A stretch of 63,977 bases of DNA, the filler included, from Reticulomyxa filosa (Eukaryota; Protista; Foraminifera), in assembly GCA_000512085.1 (NCBI GenBank). It is 19 parts of 19 records of this genome, joined end to end, with 100 filler letters (N's around TTAATTAATTAA, not from the genome) between each part and the next. Parts side by side here need not be neighbours in the genome. Positions count along the whole stretch, not along the records: positions 10,017 to 18,251 come from ASPP01002339.1; positions 18,352 to 22,845 come from ASPP01018018.1; positions 22,946 to 25,014 come from ASPP01006131.1; 16 more parts are not named here. The stretch is one strand, 5' to 3'. The first letter of the stretch is position 1. Each line of letters begins with the position of its first letter. Made by a program: the position numbers and the translations under genes. The notes under the pieces are model-generated. The model saw only the letters and a program-made list of their open reading frames with translations. It had not been told where the DNA came from and searched no databases. Below are positions 10,897-23,914 of the stretch, piece by piece.

Positions 10897-12008
10897 GATG
10901 TGTTACTATTATCACAATCTTCGTGATATAGATCAAGAGAAATATTCATTGACATCAAAAAGCAGTAACAAAAAAACACTTGAAAAAAACTGAAGAAACG
11001 TTTATTTTTCGCAAATAAGAAACCAACATTCTGTAGATACCTCAAAATTTTAAACTAGTCCTTTATGTCCTTCTAGTGATTAACTGTTTGCCTATTTTTG
11101 AAAGTTATTAATTTTTAAAAACGACAACATACTTTCATGAATTCGGGAAGTTAAACCATCAACTTTTTAAAAAGTTGATTTGACAACACTTTAAAAAACT
11201 CGTACGAACGTTTGGCAGGTTTTTTTTGTTCTTAGAAACCGTTTTTTTATTGTTCAGTTTTTTAAAGTCTCGTTGTAAATTGATATTGATGAATTGCTTC
11301 GTATTGATACCAACATTTTTTAGGTATTTTTTCTTTTTTTTGTTGTGGTCTTGAAAATGATGGGCAATATCCTTAGAACTAAACTTACCAACTAGGTTGG
11401 TGTGATGAACGTGCGTTTTGCACATAAACTGACAATTCGAGACCTTTTCTGTTTCTTATTGACAAACTGTTCAAACGTCGTTTTGTTTGAAAAATGAAAT
11501 AGGTATAAATGAGAGCAAATAGAATAATGCAATAAATAATTTGTGAAGCCGAAAATGCGTCAAAGCGGCAAAAAATTTTGTGCAAAAATTGTTTTGATTT
11601 GTCATAAATCGGTGAATATTTGTAAAACAAATTGTTGAAAGGTTTTGGGATTACAAATTTTTTATTTTGTGAAGTAAAAAATTTAAAATTAGTAAACATT
11701 CACAAACAAATCTTTGAAAACTTCTCCCAAAACCGAGAAAGCTCATTTTTAAGAGCAGTCGGGTTATTCGCAAGAGAAAGGAGCGGTTTGAGTTGCTAAG
11801 TTTAAAATTTTCGCTAAAAATAATACTAAACTGTTACGACAAAATGGAATTATCCTTTAAGCAATTATATTTTGTACTTTGCTTTCATCGGCCAATTTCC
11901 AAATTTCCGCGATACAATATCTGGAATCGACAAAGAAAAGTGCAGCACCAAGTAAAAGGGTTTAACGTTCAGCTTTTCTTAGTGTTAGGAAGAAAATAGA
12001 TAGTCGAA

Positions 12009-13297
12009 ATGAGCGAAGTCGAAGAAGACGTAGGAAGCGATGTCTCAGATTTAGAAAAAGATAACAACAATAAAGGAAATATAAACTTGGAAGATTTGCA
12101 AAAACAACGCCTGCACTTGGAAGAACAACTGAAGCAACAAGTACAACGCATGACTCCCGCAAAAGAATTAAACAAAGCCAATGTGAATAAAAATATGTTG
12201 TCAGTGCCAACCAAAAAGAACAAAAAAGGAAAAGACATAGAGTCGGCAAGTGACTTGAGTAGTGCAGAGGAAAGCGAGGAGTTGAACACAGACGATAGCG
12301 CAGATGCAACAAACGAAGAAGAAAGTGAAAACGACGTAAATTTGGAAAGTGTAACGCGAGAACGTCGTCAAAGTAACTTGGTGCGAATAAATACGCAGAC
12401 CAAATGGAGTGAAGATCAAATGGATGCACTAAAAGGTGAACTACTTGATCAGATATCTCAAATGGCAACGCAAGTATGACGTTTGTTTTTCTCCCCTCAA
12501 AAAATTAGAGTTTTTTTGGATCAATGGAAAGCAAAGGGAAAACAAAATAATAAAAGAATACACAAAGGGATACCAATTTCAACGCCTATTCCAACTATCA
12601 CACGAACCATTACCACCCGCAACACACGAATGGGCAGTTGAACAACAATTTGGAGCAATTGAATGGCACCACTTCGACACAAGCAAAAGTTGAAGTTAAT
12701 GTGCACAACATTGCATCCCAATGCAATTTTTTTAAATGTCATTTGAATTCTTCCAAGAAAGGGGACTCCAAAAGGGTTTTTTCAAGGGAAAGGGATAATA
12801 CGTGATTGAAAGAGAGTCTTAAGGTATTCATCGGATCAATCCGTTTTGCGTGATTGACTCCAAAAATTGTTTATTTCTTACTTTTCTTGTTTTTTCCTGC
12901 TTTGATGTTCAAAAAACCGAATAAACAAAAAAAGGAACGAAACTCCGCACCACATTACGTAACAACAAGCAAACAAGGAGATTCCTGGCCAGCGTTACAG
13001 ATGAGCGAAAGGGAGAGGGAGATGCTCGCTCAAATCGAATATTTGAAATTACAAAATGCCCAATTGCAAGCCCAAAATAGCAAAGACACTGAAATTGGAA
13101 AAGTGAATGACACTGCGCCAGCACAAACATCTTCCAACACAGCCGAACAACAATCCGTTGAGGCCTACAATGTGAACAATACCAAGCAAGCCCATCGTCC
13201 GTATCTAACTCAAAGCGAAATCAAAGAGCCACTACTTGAGTCAAGCGAAAGTCACTCAAAAACTAATCGCAATACTTGCTGTTGCGCGGTATTGTGA
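12009..13297 (+). CDS. Hypothetical multi-exon coiled-coil protein with C-terminal CCCAVL CaaX box
   Basis: Consecutive ORF blocks 12009-12475, about 12565-12690, about 12760-12820 and about 12935-13297, separated by intron-like sequence; ends TCCCAVL*. Confidence 0.6.
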
Positions 13298-14010
13298 TAT
13301 TCAAATCTTTTTGTTTCTTTTATCTATATTATCTAATTTTTGTTTGCTTTATTGTCTTTTGTTGTCTGAGTCTTGGTTAGATTATGATTCCACGCTTGTA
13401 GTGTGTGATCAAGTCTACTTGGTTTTTAGTTTTTCATGGCCACTATCCATTTCCAATTATTAAAAAGAAATTTAATTTTTGGGAGAAGCAACAAAGAGTT
13501 TTGTTGTGTGGTTCAAAAATAAATGTTATCTTGTGAAAAATGCACAATATTCAACATTTCATACAATGTTTGCATTTTTTCTTCAATCTATAATCTGCTA
13601 AGAACAACTCCTCTTGAGATAATTTTGCCTTTTTGCATCTTTTGGAGTTACTACATAACAATTTGAAGACTAAATTACGACCAAAGTTGAGCACTTGTTA
13701 TATTAACACATGTCGGCAGTGTAAGTTTTTTTGGTTTTCGGTAATATTGGCATATTGAATAGAAAACAGTCTTTGTATAGCTTACTTTTAAGTGGAGAAA
13801 TAGCTCATTCATTAAATTATAAATTTATCAATAGCCATCTTGAGCCAGTAATACGGGGATAAAACACTGCCAAGCCAAGATCTGGAAAAAGTTAAGGGTT
13901 AGTGTTATCTATTAGTGAAAATTTCGGTGTCTGCTCGGATTAATGTTTAACTGCACTTCACGAATAGCTTGGTGTTCTTTTGAAAAGTTAAAAAAACTTG
14001 ACAACAAGGT

Positions 14011-16212
14011 ATGTCGTCACAATTAATGATGAAACTCTTTTTTCATTTATTCAGTTTAATCACCGTGACATTATCAAGTGTCGAGGTTGCTGTGGATTGG
14101 AATGAAGTGATTGCGACAAGCAAGACAATAACGACTTTGCAAGTAGGAGAGTGTTTTGTCTTCTTGTTTCAAGTAATTGCAAAGCGACAAGCAATATGGA
14201 TGCACACAGGCCGTAGTGAACCCTTTGTTGACAAGAGAGTCTTTGATACACGACCAAGTCTTTGAAAGTTTGGGTGCTTTGCAAGCGTCTTTTGTTCGTT
14301 TTGTCCCATGGTTTCCTTACCCAAGATTAGGAGTAGCCCAACTCACCCCACCAAGCGGGAGTTTTTATTGCAGTTTTGATGACCTTACAAAATAGATTTT
14401 TTGAGCGCTACAAAAAGCAAACACAACCCAACGTAACGTAAGGGATTGCAATACTGTATGCACATCAGATCACTTAAATGGTGACAGCAATGACAACAAC
14501 TGGAACGTATCACTGCAATGTCCAAACGAGAACGAGGTGATTTTCGTGATTGATTTTGCCAGCTGGGGCACTCCGCAAGGTTACTGTGGGAACTGGAGCA
14601 TCGGACAATGCCATGCGAGCAACTCCATGGCCGTGGCGAAGCAGTACTGCCAAAATGCAAACGCGTGCACGATTCCGGTGAACGTAGCCACATTTGGCTA
14701 TGATCCCTGTTTTGGAACTGTGAAGTCATTTGCCATTCAAGTGAGATGCAACACGACCTCATTATACAGTAACTGGGACTTTACTCTGTTGGACCCGATC
14801 ATGGAAGACGTGATGGCAGCCGTCAATCCGACGAACGCGAAGCTGCAAAACAAAAGCGTAATCAATTTCAGCACAATCCCCAATTGGAAGTTCGCCAATG
14901 TGACGATGAGCGAAATGTACGTCTCGTACACGGACAACCCATACGACTGTTCTTGGAACTACAACTTGGGTAATGCTCCGCAATTAACACAAGACCAACT
15001 CGACAGCATTGGCGATTACTACGGCCGTTTGGTCAGTTGGTACACCCAAGGGGGGTTTTATGACGAATACGATCAGTGGCATGCGTCCAACCACTTTTTC
15101 AATATCGACGTTTGGGAAGTTTGGTCAAATACGTTTTTGTTGTGTAGCAACGCACATGTGTATACGTCTACGTATACTGTCTGTATGTAAGGTATTGAAT
15201 GAACCGGAGTCGGAGCACTCAAACACTCCAGAGTCCTACACAAAGCAATATGACGCAATTGTGCAAGGCATACGCAAGTTTGCAGATCCCAACAAAGAAA
15301 TGCAATTTATGGGATTGGCGTTGGCATATCACAATGAATGGAATTGGTATTCTTATTTTTTGAACAAATCCAATCACAATCCACAAGATACCCCAATCGA
15401 TTACATATCATTTCATTTCTACGCGTCGTGCAACAGTCGAACCGACCCTGAAGACTACGAACAATTTTTCCCCGCCGTAGATACATTTGTGCAAGAAGTA
15501 CAGCAAATTATTCAGATCAGAGATGAATTGTCTCCGTCCACCAAACTGGACATTGACGAAATTGGTGTGTTTTTTGTTTGTTTGTTTGGAGAGGAAGGAC
15601 GAAAGAAAAGGTAAACGGAAAAAATTGAAAAAATATTTGTGTGGTGACTTAGGTGTTATCCTACCTGGAGACAACGCCAATACTCCAAATCCTCCCGACA
15701 TATATTGGAATGCCGCTGGGGGAATGTATGCGTATTTGTTTGGACAATTGAGCAGATTTGGAGTCGATGTTATGGGCCAGTCTCAATTAATGGGATTTCC
15801 ACCCTTGAATCAAACTGAGTTCCCAGCTTCACCGGGCGGCATTCCACCGCAGTATGCGTCTGTTACAGAGCTAAGTTGGACTACTGGGATTGGAAATGCT
15901 CGTTATTGGATTCTGAAAATGTTAATCGATCATTTTCACACGGGTGATCATTTATTGCTTACAAATACCTCCGATTCAAAAACTTTATTTGCTCAAGCTT
16001 TTATTGATAATGCTTACAATGCTTCCACCAAACGAATTTTATTTGTAAATAAACTAAATCAAAATATTGACATCCTTATCGACAGTCCGCTACAAGCTGC
16101 GACCTTGTACTACATTGACGAATCCACGGGATTTGGTCCTGCACAAACAGAAACCATCAGTGGTACTACATTCCAATTAGACAGATATGGAGTAGGTGTT
16201 TTGTATTTTTGA
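14011..16212 (+). CDS. Secreted clan GH-A glycoside hydrolase (GH39-like) with internal SUEL/Gal-binding lectin domain
   Basis: Signal peptide; TTLQVVVNPLL..VRFVPWFPYPRLGVA; WDFTLLDPI; YYGRLVSWYTQGGF; WEVLNEP acid/base motif (about 15198-15206); DYISFHFYA; LDIDEIG nucleophile candidate. Lectin IDFASWGTPQGYCG..CHASNS..YCQNANACTIPV..FGYDPCFGTVKSFAIQVRC at about 14480-14750. Confidence 0.8.
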
Positions 16213-17559
16213 GGGAAAGTAACATTAAAGGTTGCATGTTTAAACTTGTTTGTAAATTCATATTTTCATTGTTAGCTTAAATCAACTTGTGAAATTGACC
16301 GTATTCAAAAAAGTGGTGCTTTTAATGCAATTTTCTGTTAGGCAAAATTGAACAAACAGATTCGACTGAGCAAAGCATCGACAAATAAAAAAGTGACATG
16401 TGCAAAGAGTAAAACTCAAAAAGCATTTTTCTTAAACTTCCTTTTTTACATTGCTTAAACCACTTTTTAAATAGTCAAAAAATTATAATATTCGGATATT
16501 TTTTTGAGAGTCAAGTTTTTTTAAAGATTATGCTATTTAAAAAGAAATATCCAGCGCAAAAAAGAACAATTGCACAAAATATCATAGTGTCTTGATAGTG
16601 TTCATACAACATATCTTCCACAACGTGTTATCTAGTTTTATCAGAAAACTAAAACTGGAAACAAAACCATTTTATGATTACATTAAAACGATGTACTATC
16701 ATACAAATCAATCGAATACAAAAAGGAAGTTCTATTACAAATTTTCAAATTATTCTCCAACAGCAATCAGGAAATATACATTGTACATGTTACCATAACA
16801 ACAAATCACGTACTTGTAATTGAAAAGAATATTGAACAAATCTGTTTTAACTTGTTGTTAATACAATAGATTTCATCAATGTCCAAATAATTAATCATAC
16901 GATACTCACCGTCCTCTTTGAAAGTACACTTTTTTTTTGAAAGTATCCTACACGAAGTAGCATTTCTTTAAATTACTTCGCATTACAAAATTTTGAGAAA
17001 CGCGCACTTCAGATTGTTTATGAACCAAAGAGAAAATAGAAAATATATTGAAGCTTAGGCCAAAACTAATAGAGATAAGTCTAAACGAAAAAAAAGACAC
17101 AAAATTTTTGACCAATCGAATGTCAAGTGATACATGTCGAAATGATTCAGATTGTAGAAAGAATGCTTTCAAGAAACTTTCACTTCAAGAGATGCTTGAT
17201 TTGTTAAATTAAAGAGCAACCAAAAGTAAATGGCATTGCATGAAAAGTTTTGAGTCAATTAGGACCACACTCTGACTAATATATATGTGAGAGTTTACTC
17301 CATCCTTTGCCTGTCAAGGCAACACACCACAAATTCATCTAGTTCTTCTATTTTTCCAGTATCTGACAGGTTCCAAAGGGGATGATGAACTTTTCTCTAT
17401 TTGCTTATACTTTGAAGATGATGTGTGATAGTTAGAAGTTCCATTTCTATTAACATTTTCGGATAAATAACCAACGTGTTCTGATGTAGTGTAGAAATTT
17501 TTTGGTCTGGTTAATGCACTGTATTGTCCGGAATTGTTTTTCTTCTTTCCGAAATGTTT

Positions 17560-18251
17560 TTTCTTTAACTTTGATACGTGTCGCTTTTACAGATAAACTT
17601 TCTAATCTAATTTTTAGTTTGATATGTCACAATTTTTCAATTATATCGTATGGTCCAACAAATTTTAGCTTTAATTTTGCTATGTTCTATGTATATTGAT
17701 CTCCAACGTATAACAGCACTTTATTTCCAACTTCTAATGAGTGTAAGTGTATGATTTTGTTTTCAAAATGTATACGTTTTTTATCATATACAGATTCTTG
17801 CATACTACTTTCCAAAGACTTACTTGAAAGAGCAAATTTCATGACTTTTGTCATTGACTTCGTCACATATTCGTAATTTAATGTTTGCAGATATTGTAAA
17901 TTTTGTTACGTATACTGATTCGCTAGGACTTGTTTTTGTCATATTATTTAATGTAATGTTTTTATACCACGATTGTTGCATCGTATAACATTATCATCAA
18001 AATTTCTGATATTAAACTAGTGATCTTTAATCGAAATTGCAATGTATTATCAGATAAAACAGTTTCAGTCACACATTGTCTATATACACAAACGACAAAG
18101 CAACTTCTTTCGCTAATTGAATTTTTAATGGAATTGTTGTAGAATATATTACTGAATATAGATTTATGCCAATTAAGCTGACAATTGTCAAATTTTTTGC
18201 TATGAACTCTATTGGAACTACAATTCTATCTTGGATTTGGAGTAATGCTGC
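17560..18251 (-). mobile_element. Degenerate Ty3/gypsy-like LTR retrotransposon pol remnant (RNase H, integrase core, GPY/F)
   Basis: Minus-strand fragments in gypsy order: AALLQIQDRIVVPIEFIAK[fs]KFDNCQLNWH (RNase H); PLKIQLAKEVALSF..ETVLSDNTLQF (integrase core); YDKKR..LEVGNKVLLYVG..AKLKLKFVGPYDIIEKL (GPY/F motif). Contains stops, frameshifts and large deletions. Confidence 0.75.
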
Positions 18252-18351
18252 NNNNNNNNNNNNNNNNNNNNNNNNNNNNNNNNNNNNNNNNNNNNTTAAT
18301 TAATTAANNNNNNNNNNNNNNNNNNNNNNNNNNNNNNNNNNNNNNNNNNNN

Positions 18352-19455
18352 TTTTTTTTTTTTTTTCTTGCGTTTTGTATTGCGCTTCTTTTTTTTCTTC
18401 TTCTTCTTCTTTTTCTTCTTCTCCTTCGTGTTGTCTTCCCTGTCTTTGCTTTTTTTATTGTTTTCATCCTTCATATTCGAATTCAATGCCCCATGGCCAT
18501 TGTTGTCCCTTTTCGTCTGCTTTTGCCGTTTCTTTTTTCCTCGTTCTTTTTGGTTGTCGTTCATCGGCATCACCTCACTTTCTTCCGTTTTGTCACCCTG
18601 TTAAAACATAATATTTGTATTTATAACCAATTTCATATTAAAAAAAATGAATATATATATACATATATATATATATATATTTATTTATATATATATATAT
18701 GTATATGTATAGGTATGTATATAAATGTACATGAATATGTATGCGTTAAAAGGGATTATACAACGTATACACAAACTACTGAGTTGAATTGCTTACATTT
18801 CTATTCGCGTTGCTAGAGACGCTGGTTTCATTTGATTTGCTCACGTTTTTTTGTGACGGTACTTGGGGCAACTGTCGCAATTTTCGCGCTTTTTCGGCTT
18901 TGTTGGACAACTCGGTTATGGTTCGATTAAATGACTGTCGAGCTAATACTCGATGGGGATCACCTTCGTCTTTTAGATCGCCATTCGATCCATTCGACCG
19001 ATTTGGGATTGGCGTTAATATTATTCCATAGTCTTGTTCGTCTTTTTTTCCAGAAACATTCCCACTTTTTATGTTGTTTCTTATTCCTATGCTTGTCAGC
19101 ATCATGCCATCTCCAAGTGGCGTGTGCTCACCTGATAATGGGCAAACACACAATTTTAATCACGTTCTTTTTTTTTTTTTCCTCCTTATCTCTTTTTTTT
19201 TTTTTTTTTTTTTTTCCTACTTCCCCAATTTCCTAAGCTGATGTCGGGTCATGTACCCTTGATCCCCCTTGCTAACATATTCTTAATGAGCGCTTAAAAA
19301 GAGGGGAGGAACGGGAAAAAACAACAGCAAAACCAAAAGTAATGCCACTCACCATCTTCTCTGATAGTCCGAAGGCTCACCAAACTATTTGAAGGATCCA
19401 AATTGCTGACTATTTTCAAAACATCTTCTGGCTTACCACCCTGAGACATTATCAT
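18352..19455 (-). CDS. Hypothetical multi-exon protein, 3' truncated
   Basis: Exon MIMSQGGKPEDVLKIVSNLDPSNSLVSLRTIREDG with a GTGAGT donor; further ORF blocks at 18776-19153 and 18352-18600. No recognisable domain. Confidence 0.45.
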
Positions 19456-19697
19456 AGGCTATGCCTATTTTTACAAGATTTATTTTACAAAAAAAAAAAT
19501 CCTATTCTTGCTAGTAAAAAAACTTAGTATTGTTTGAGTTCACTTGAAATTAAAAATTGTGCTTGAAATTCTTACATTTTCTCAAGAAGGGACTTGCATC
19601 CGTCATTGCTCAGCAAATAGGAACATGATTTTTTTTTTAGCGTAACTGAAAAGTTCACTTATTATTATTCTTCTTTTTTTTAATAAAGAATCTTCAA

Positions 19698-20478
19698 ATG
19701 CAAAAAAATACCCTCCTGAAAGTGATTCTTTTGGGAGATAGCGGTGTCGGAAAGACAGCAATGATAAACGCGTTTGTAGGAAATGCGTTTGAGTACACAC
19801 ACAAGCCGACGATAGGGTGTGATTTTATGAGTTACACAGTGCCGACGGACGCGATTCCCAACAAAAAAGATGGGGACCCAGATAGGAACATAAACGTGCA
19901 AATGTGGGACACAGCAGGACAAGAGCGGTATTTGGCATTGGGGAAAACATTTTTCCGAGGCGCCGATGCATGTGTGCTCGTGTTTGATTGCACGAATGAA
20001 AACTCATTTCGCGACATACTGATTTGGAGAAAGCATTTCATTGAGAATGTGAGTCCATTTGATGAAAAGACATTTCCATTTCTATTGTGCGCGAATAAGT
20101 GTGACTTGTTGCCACAAAATGAAAAACAAGGTGGGAGCGAAGATAGCAGCGAAAAGAATAAAAACCATAAAAAAAATAAGAAATCAGCACAAACGCTGGG
20201 ATTGGAAGCAGCAAACGCAAGTGATGAAGATGCCATCAGTGTTGGTGACGTGAGTGACGTCAGTGCATACGATGACGAAGAGAGCATCCATGGCATTGAT
20301 GGAATCAAATTGCCGAGATCGAGTGCAAAGCCTTTTGGTGACCCTGTTGATATGGATACTGCAAAGGCTTTAGCTGAGGAATATGGTTTGTTTGTTATAT
20401 ATGTATATATGTATATATATGTATATATATATGTATATGTGTGTGTATGGTGTGTGAGTTTGTGTATGCATGTATAAA

Positions 20479-20511
<33 letters not shown>

Positions 20512-21230
20512 CCCCCCCCCCCTTTCTCTCCCTCCTTCCCCTTTTTTGAACTTTTAAATTTAAAAGCTCAAAAACACACATATACAATAGTGATAATTAT
20601 AATATACGATTGTATCTTTTTACAGGTATGCTGTTTTATGAAACAAGTGCCCTCGATGGCACCAACATAGAAATGGCATTTCTGGAGTTAATATTCAAAG
20701 CATGTGGAATAAACAGCGCTCTCTCTGAAGAGCATCCATTCATCATCACGGATGTATTGAGCAATACGAGTGGCGGCAATAACAGCAATGGCACAAACAT
20801 AGCGATTCCCACGGCCGTCGTCGCCAATGGAAATCTCAGTCACAGCAGAAACAACACAAGCAACTCCAATGTACACAAGAGAAACAATTCCAACCAGCCA
20901 GCTTCAAAAAAAAACTCTGGCATTGCTGATGTCAACAACGCCGGCGACAACAGCAACAATAACAACAGCAACAGCAACAGCAACGATCAGAGCCAAGACA
21001 ATTCCAATAATCTTTTGAATCAACATATTCAGAGTTCTAGCAAACATAGTGGAAAAGGCCTCAATTTACAAGATATTATGAAAAGGAACGATGATGTCGA
21101 TGATGAAGTGCATGAAAAACACAGTGATAGCGAAGCCAAAGACGATCAGCAAACTCATCAAAAAAGTAAATCTTCTGCTGAGCAAAAAATTAGGAAAAAA
21201 AATAGAAACAAGATGCCTATAATTGTGGAT
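19698..21230 (+). CDS. Rab7-like small GTPase with long insertion and Asn-rich C-terminal extension
   Basis: LLKVILLGDSGVGKT, PTIGCDF, WDTAGQER, FFRGADACVLVFD, FPFLLCANKCDL, and FYETSA after an intron at about 20386-20625. Last exon not resolved. Confidence 0.9.
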
Positions 21231-21998
21231 GTTTTATATTGTAAAAAAAAAAAAAAAACCAACTTTGTTCACTTGCTTGTTTGTTTGTGTGTTTTTGTTT
21301 ATTACATAAAAAGAAAAGATGCTTGTTCGTTGTCATTTTTCTTTTCTTTTTTTTTTTGACCAAGATTTTTCCCCCTCCGTATAAAAGAGATCTTTTCTCA
21401 CTAAACAGAGCACACCGATCATCTTTTAAGTACATTTTAAAAAATTTGATTGTTTTGTTCTTTGTTCGAAAATGTGCTCTCCACTTTTGTAATTTCAAAT
21501 AAATATTGTTTTGTACCTCAAATGTGTCGCTCTTTGTGTTTGAGAAGATTCTCATCGGTGGTTTATTTTTTTTTTTTATATTTTCTCTTGATTTTTTGTT
21601 GTCTGTTGTTTCCCTCCTTCAAAAAATACTCAACTTTTCAAAACCATGCAAACTGGTTGTGTTGTCCATATTCAAATGATGAAAAAAGACTTATCCAAAT
21701 TGTGGGCACTGTAAAACAAGTACGTAACAGCCAACATTTAATTTTAGACTGTTTTTATAACATACAAATACTTTCAATCGAAAAACTTATTATTTATAAT
21801 GCCGTCAATAAAAATATGACAAAAAATTGATTTTTCACGGAAATTTCGATGCACTTATTTTAGAAATATTAATACGAAAAATTTGTTATTGAGTGTTCAA
21901 ACACTATTGTTTCGAATAGTATTTCTTCTTTCCTCAATCTACTTTTTGGGAATTGATGGGTCAAAAAAAAAAAAAAATGATCATTTCATAAAATAAAA

Positions 21999-22725
21999 AT
22001 GCGAGCATCAACACCTCCAAGCAAGATAAACAACCATTTAAAATTTACAAAAGATGCCTTGTTCCAACAAAAACTCCTGCATGACTATGATATCAAACAA
22101 AACGAAGAAGAAATCTATCAGCTGCTGGTACGAAGAGCAGAAATATTCACAAACAACACACACAAAAAAAAAAAAAATCAATCAAAATATAGAGATGGGT
22201 TGATGGAATGGGGTGGGGGGACAGTATCACGTGTATCCTTATGTAATAGCAGCAAACACAAACAAAGATGTGTCATCAAAAGCTTGCAGTGATATAATGT
22301 TATTAAACCATGAGAGAAATGAATTGAAGAGAGTACTAAGTGCAATGGGACCAAGTGAAGTGGAGTACGAAGACAAGAGCACTAGCTATGGAAATACACC
22401 CATGGTAAACAGAGATCACATATTACTGTATGGATTGGCACGGGCAAGAATTGAATCATTAGAAAGCGCGTTACAGCATAAGAATGACAGTATATCGAAA
22501 TATCGCGAACAACTAAAACAATATGCAAAAGAGTTGGGAGATACTTATCAAATGTTGCTTTCCTCGCATATGTCTATTCGTGATGAGCAAGAAAAGCAAG
22601 ACCATTCCACAGCCGTGGGTTCCTCACTTCCACAAGCACAGCAACAAGAGCAACAACAAGAGGAAAAGTATCCAAAAGAAACTCCTGATCGTCACATTGA
22701 TCCACCCCTTGATTTTAGTCAAAGG
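21999..22725 (+). CDS. Hypothetical coiled-coil protein, 3' truncated
   Basis: ORF blocks 21999-22130 and 22200-22725 with heptad-like RARIESLESALQHKNDSISKYREQLKQYAKEL. Confidence 0.5.
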
Positions 22726-23914
22726 TTTTTTATTTATATATACATATACATATACATGTATATATATATATATGTATATAAAGTTCAATTTCTCCTCCCC
22801 CTTTTTTTTTTGTTTTTTTTTTTATAAAAAAAAAAAAAAAAAAAANNNNNNNNNNNNNNNNNNNNNNNNNNNNNNNNNNNNNNNNNNNNTTAATTAATTA
22901 ANNNNNNNNNNNNNNNNNNNNNNNNNNNNNNNNNNNNNNNNNNNNTTTTTTTCTATTTGGGAGCATTTGATATTGCCACAACTTAATTTCTCATCAATTT
23001 CCGTACTTGGTGAGTTCGAAAATTGAATAAGGACCAATGAACTCAACACTCGGCCATTTTAACAAAAATAAACGCAGATAGATATGTCATTATACGTCCC
23101 TACTTGTGATCGGTGCACAGGTCCTATAATTTGCACCTTGGTGGCTTTAGTAGTGTAGGCCTACAACACAAAAGTGACGTTTGGATTGCTCAATAACGTT
23201 TTCTACAACTAATCATTAGTTTGGAGTGATAAATATAGATCCTTTTTTTGCTGCAACTAAAAACGTTGTTTTGAGCTTCTAGATCAAACATGTATATTAA
23301 GACGAGAAACAGAAATCAGTTTATCGAAATTATCAGCACCTTGTCTGGATACGATACTCATACAATTCTACTGGCTCAACAAGTTTTAAAGAGACTCTGA
23401 AACACCCTTCTCTCTAAAACTTCACTTACTTCTCTAACTAGCTTTTTCTTGTTTCATTTTTATTTTGCCTTACTTAATTATTTCCTTTCTGTTGGAATTC
23501 TGCTTAAAAAATATATTATTTGTGTTACACTTTTAGTAATTGATCTAGTAATTTTTTGTACTGTATTTGAATGGTTCAACAATTGTCTGCATGTTGCTTT
23601 TTTTTTACTGAAAGAGTGTAAAAAATCGTGGTGAGAAATAAGCAATCGTTGCATCGCTTCCTTATGTCGGAGCAAAACAAACAATTCAAATGGAGGGAGA
23701 AAAACTCTTCACTCAAAAAATTTTTGCACTCAAAGCATTATCTAAGAAAAAACAAAGTGACAAAAATTTAAACTTGAAAAACCAGAAGCAAGCGATATTA
23801 ATCAATCAGTTTTATATTGTTTTTTTTTTAAGTCACGCTTAATAATTTGAAGGAAATTGGAGTTGAGAGTTAAAAAAGAACAATATTGACGAATGAATGT
23901 GAACATAGGGCCTA

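Noticed and set aside
11159-11699. Minus-strand ORFs upstream of ICT1
   Set aside because: AT-rich, K/F/N-biased, no motif; cannot be supported as coding.
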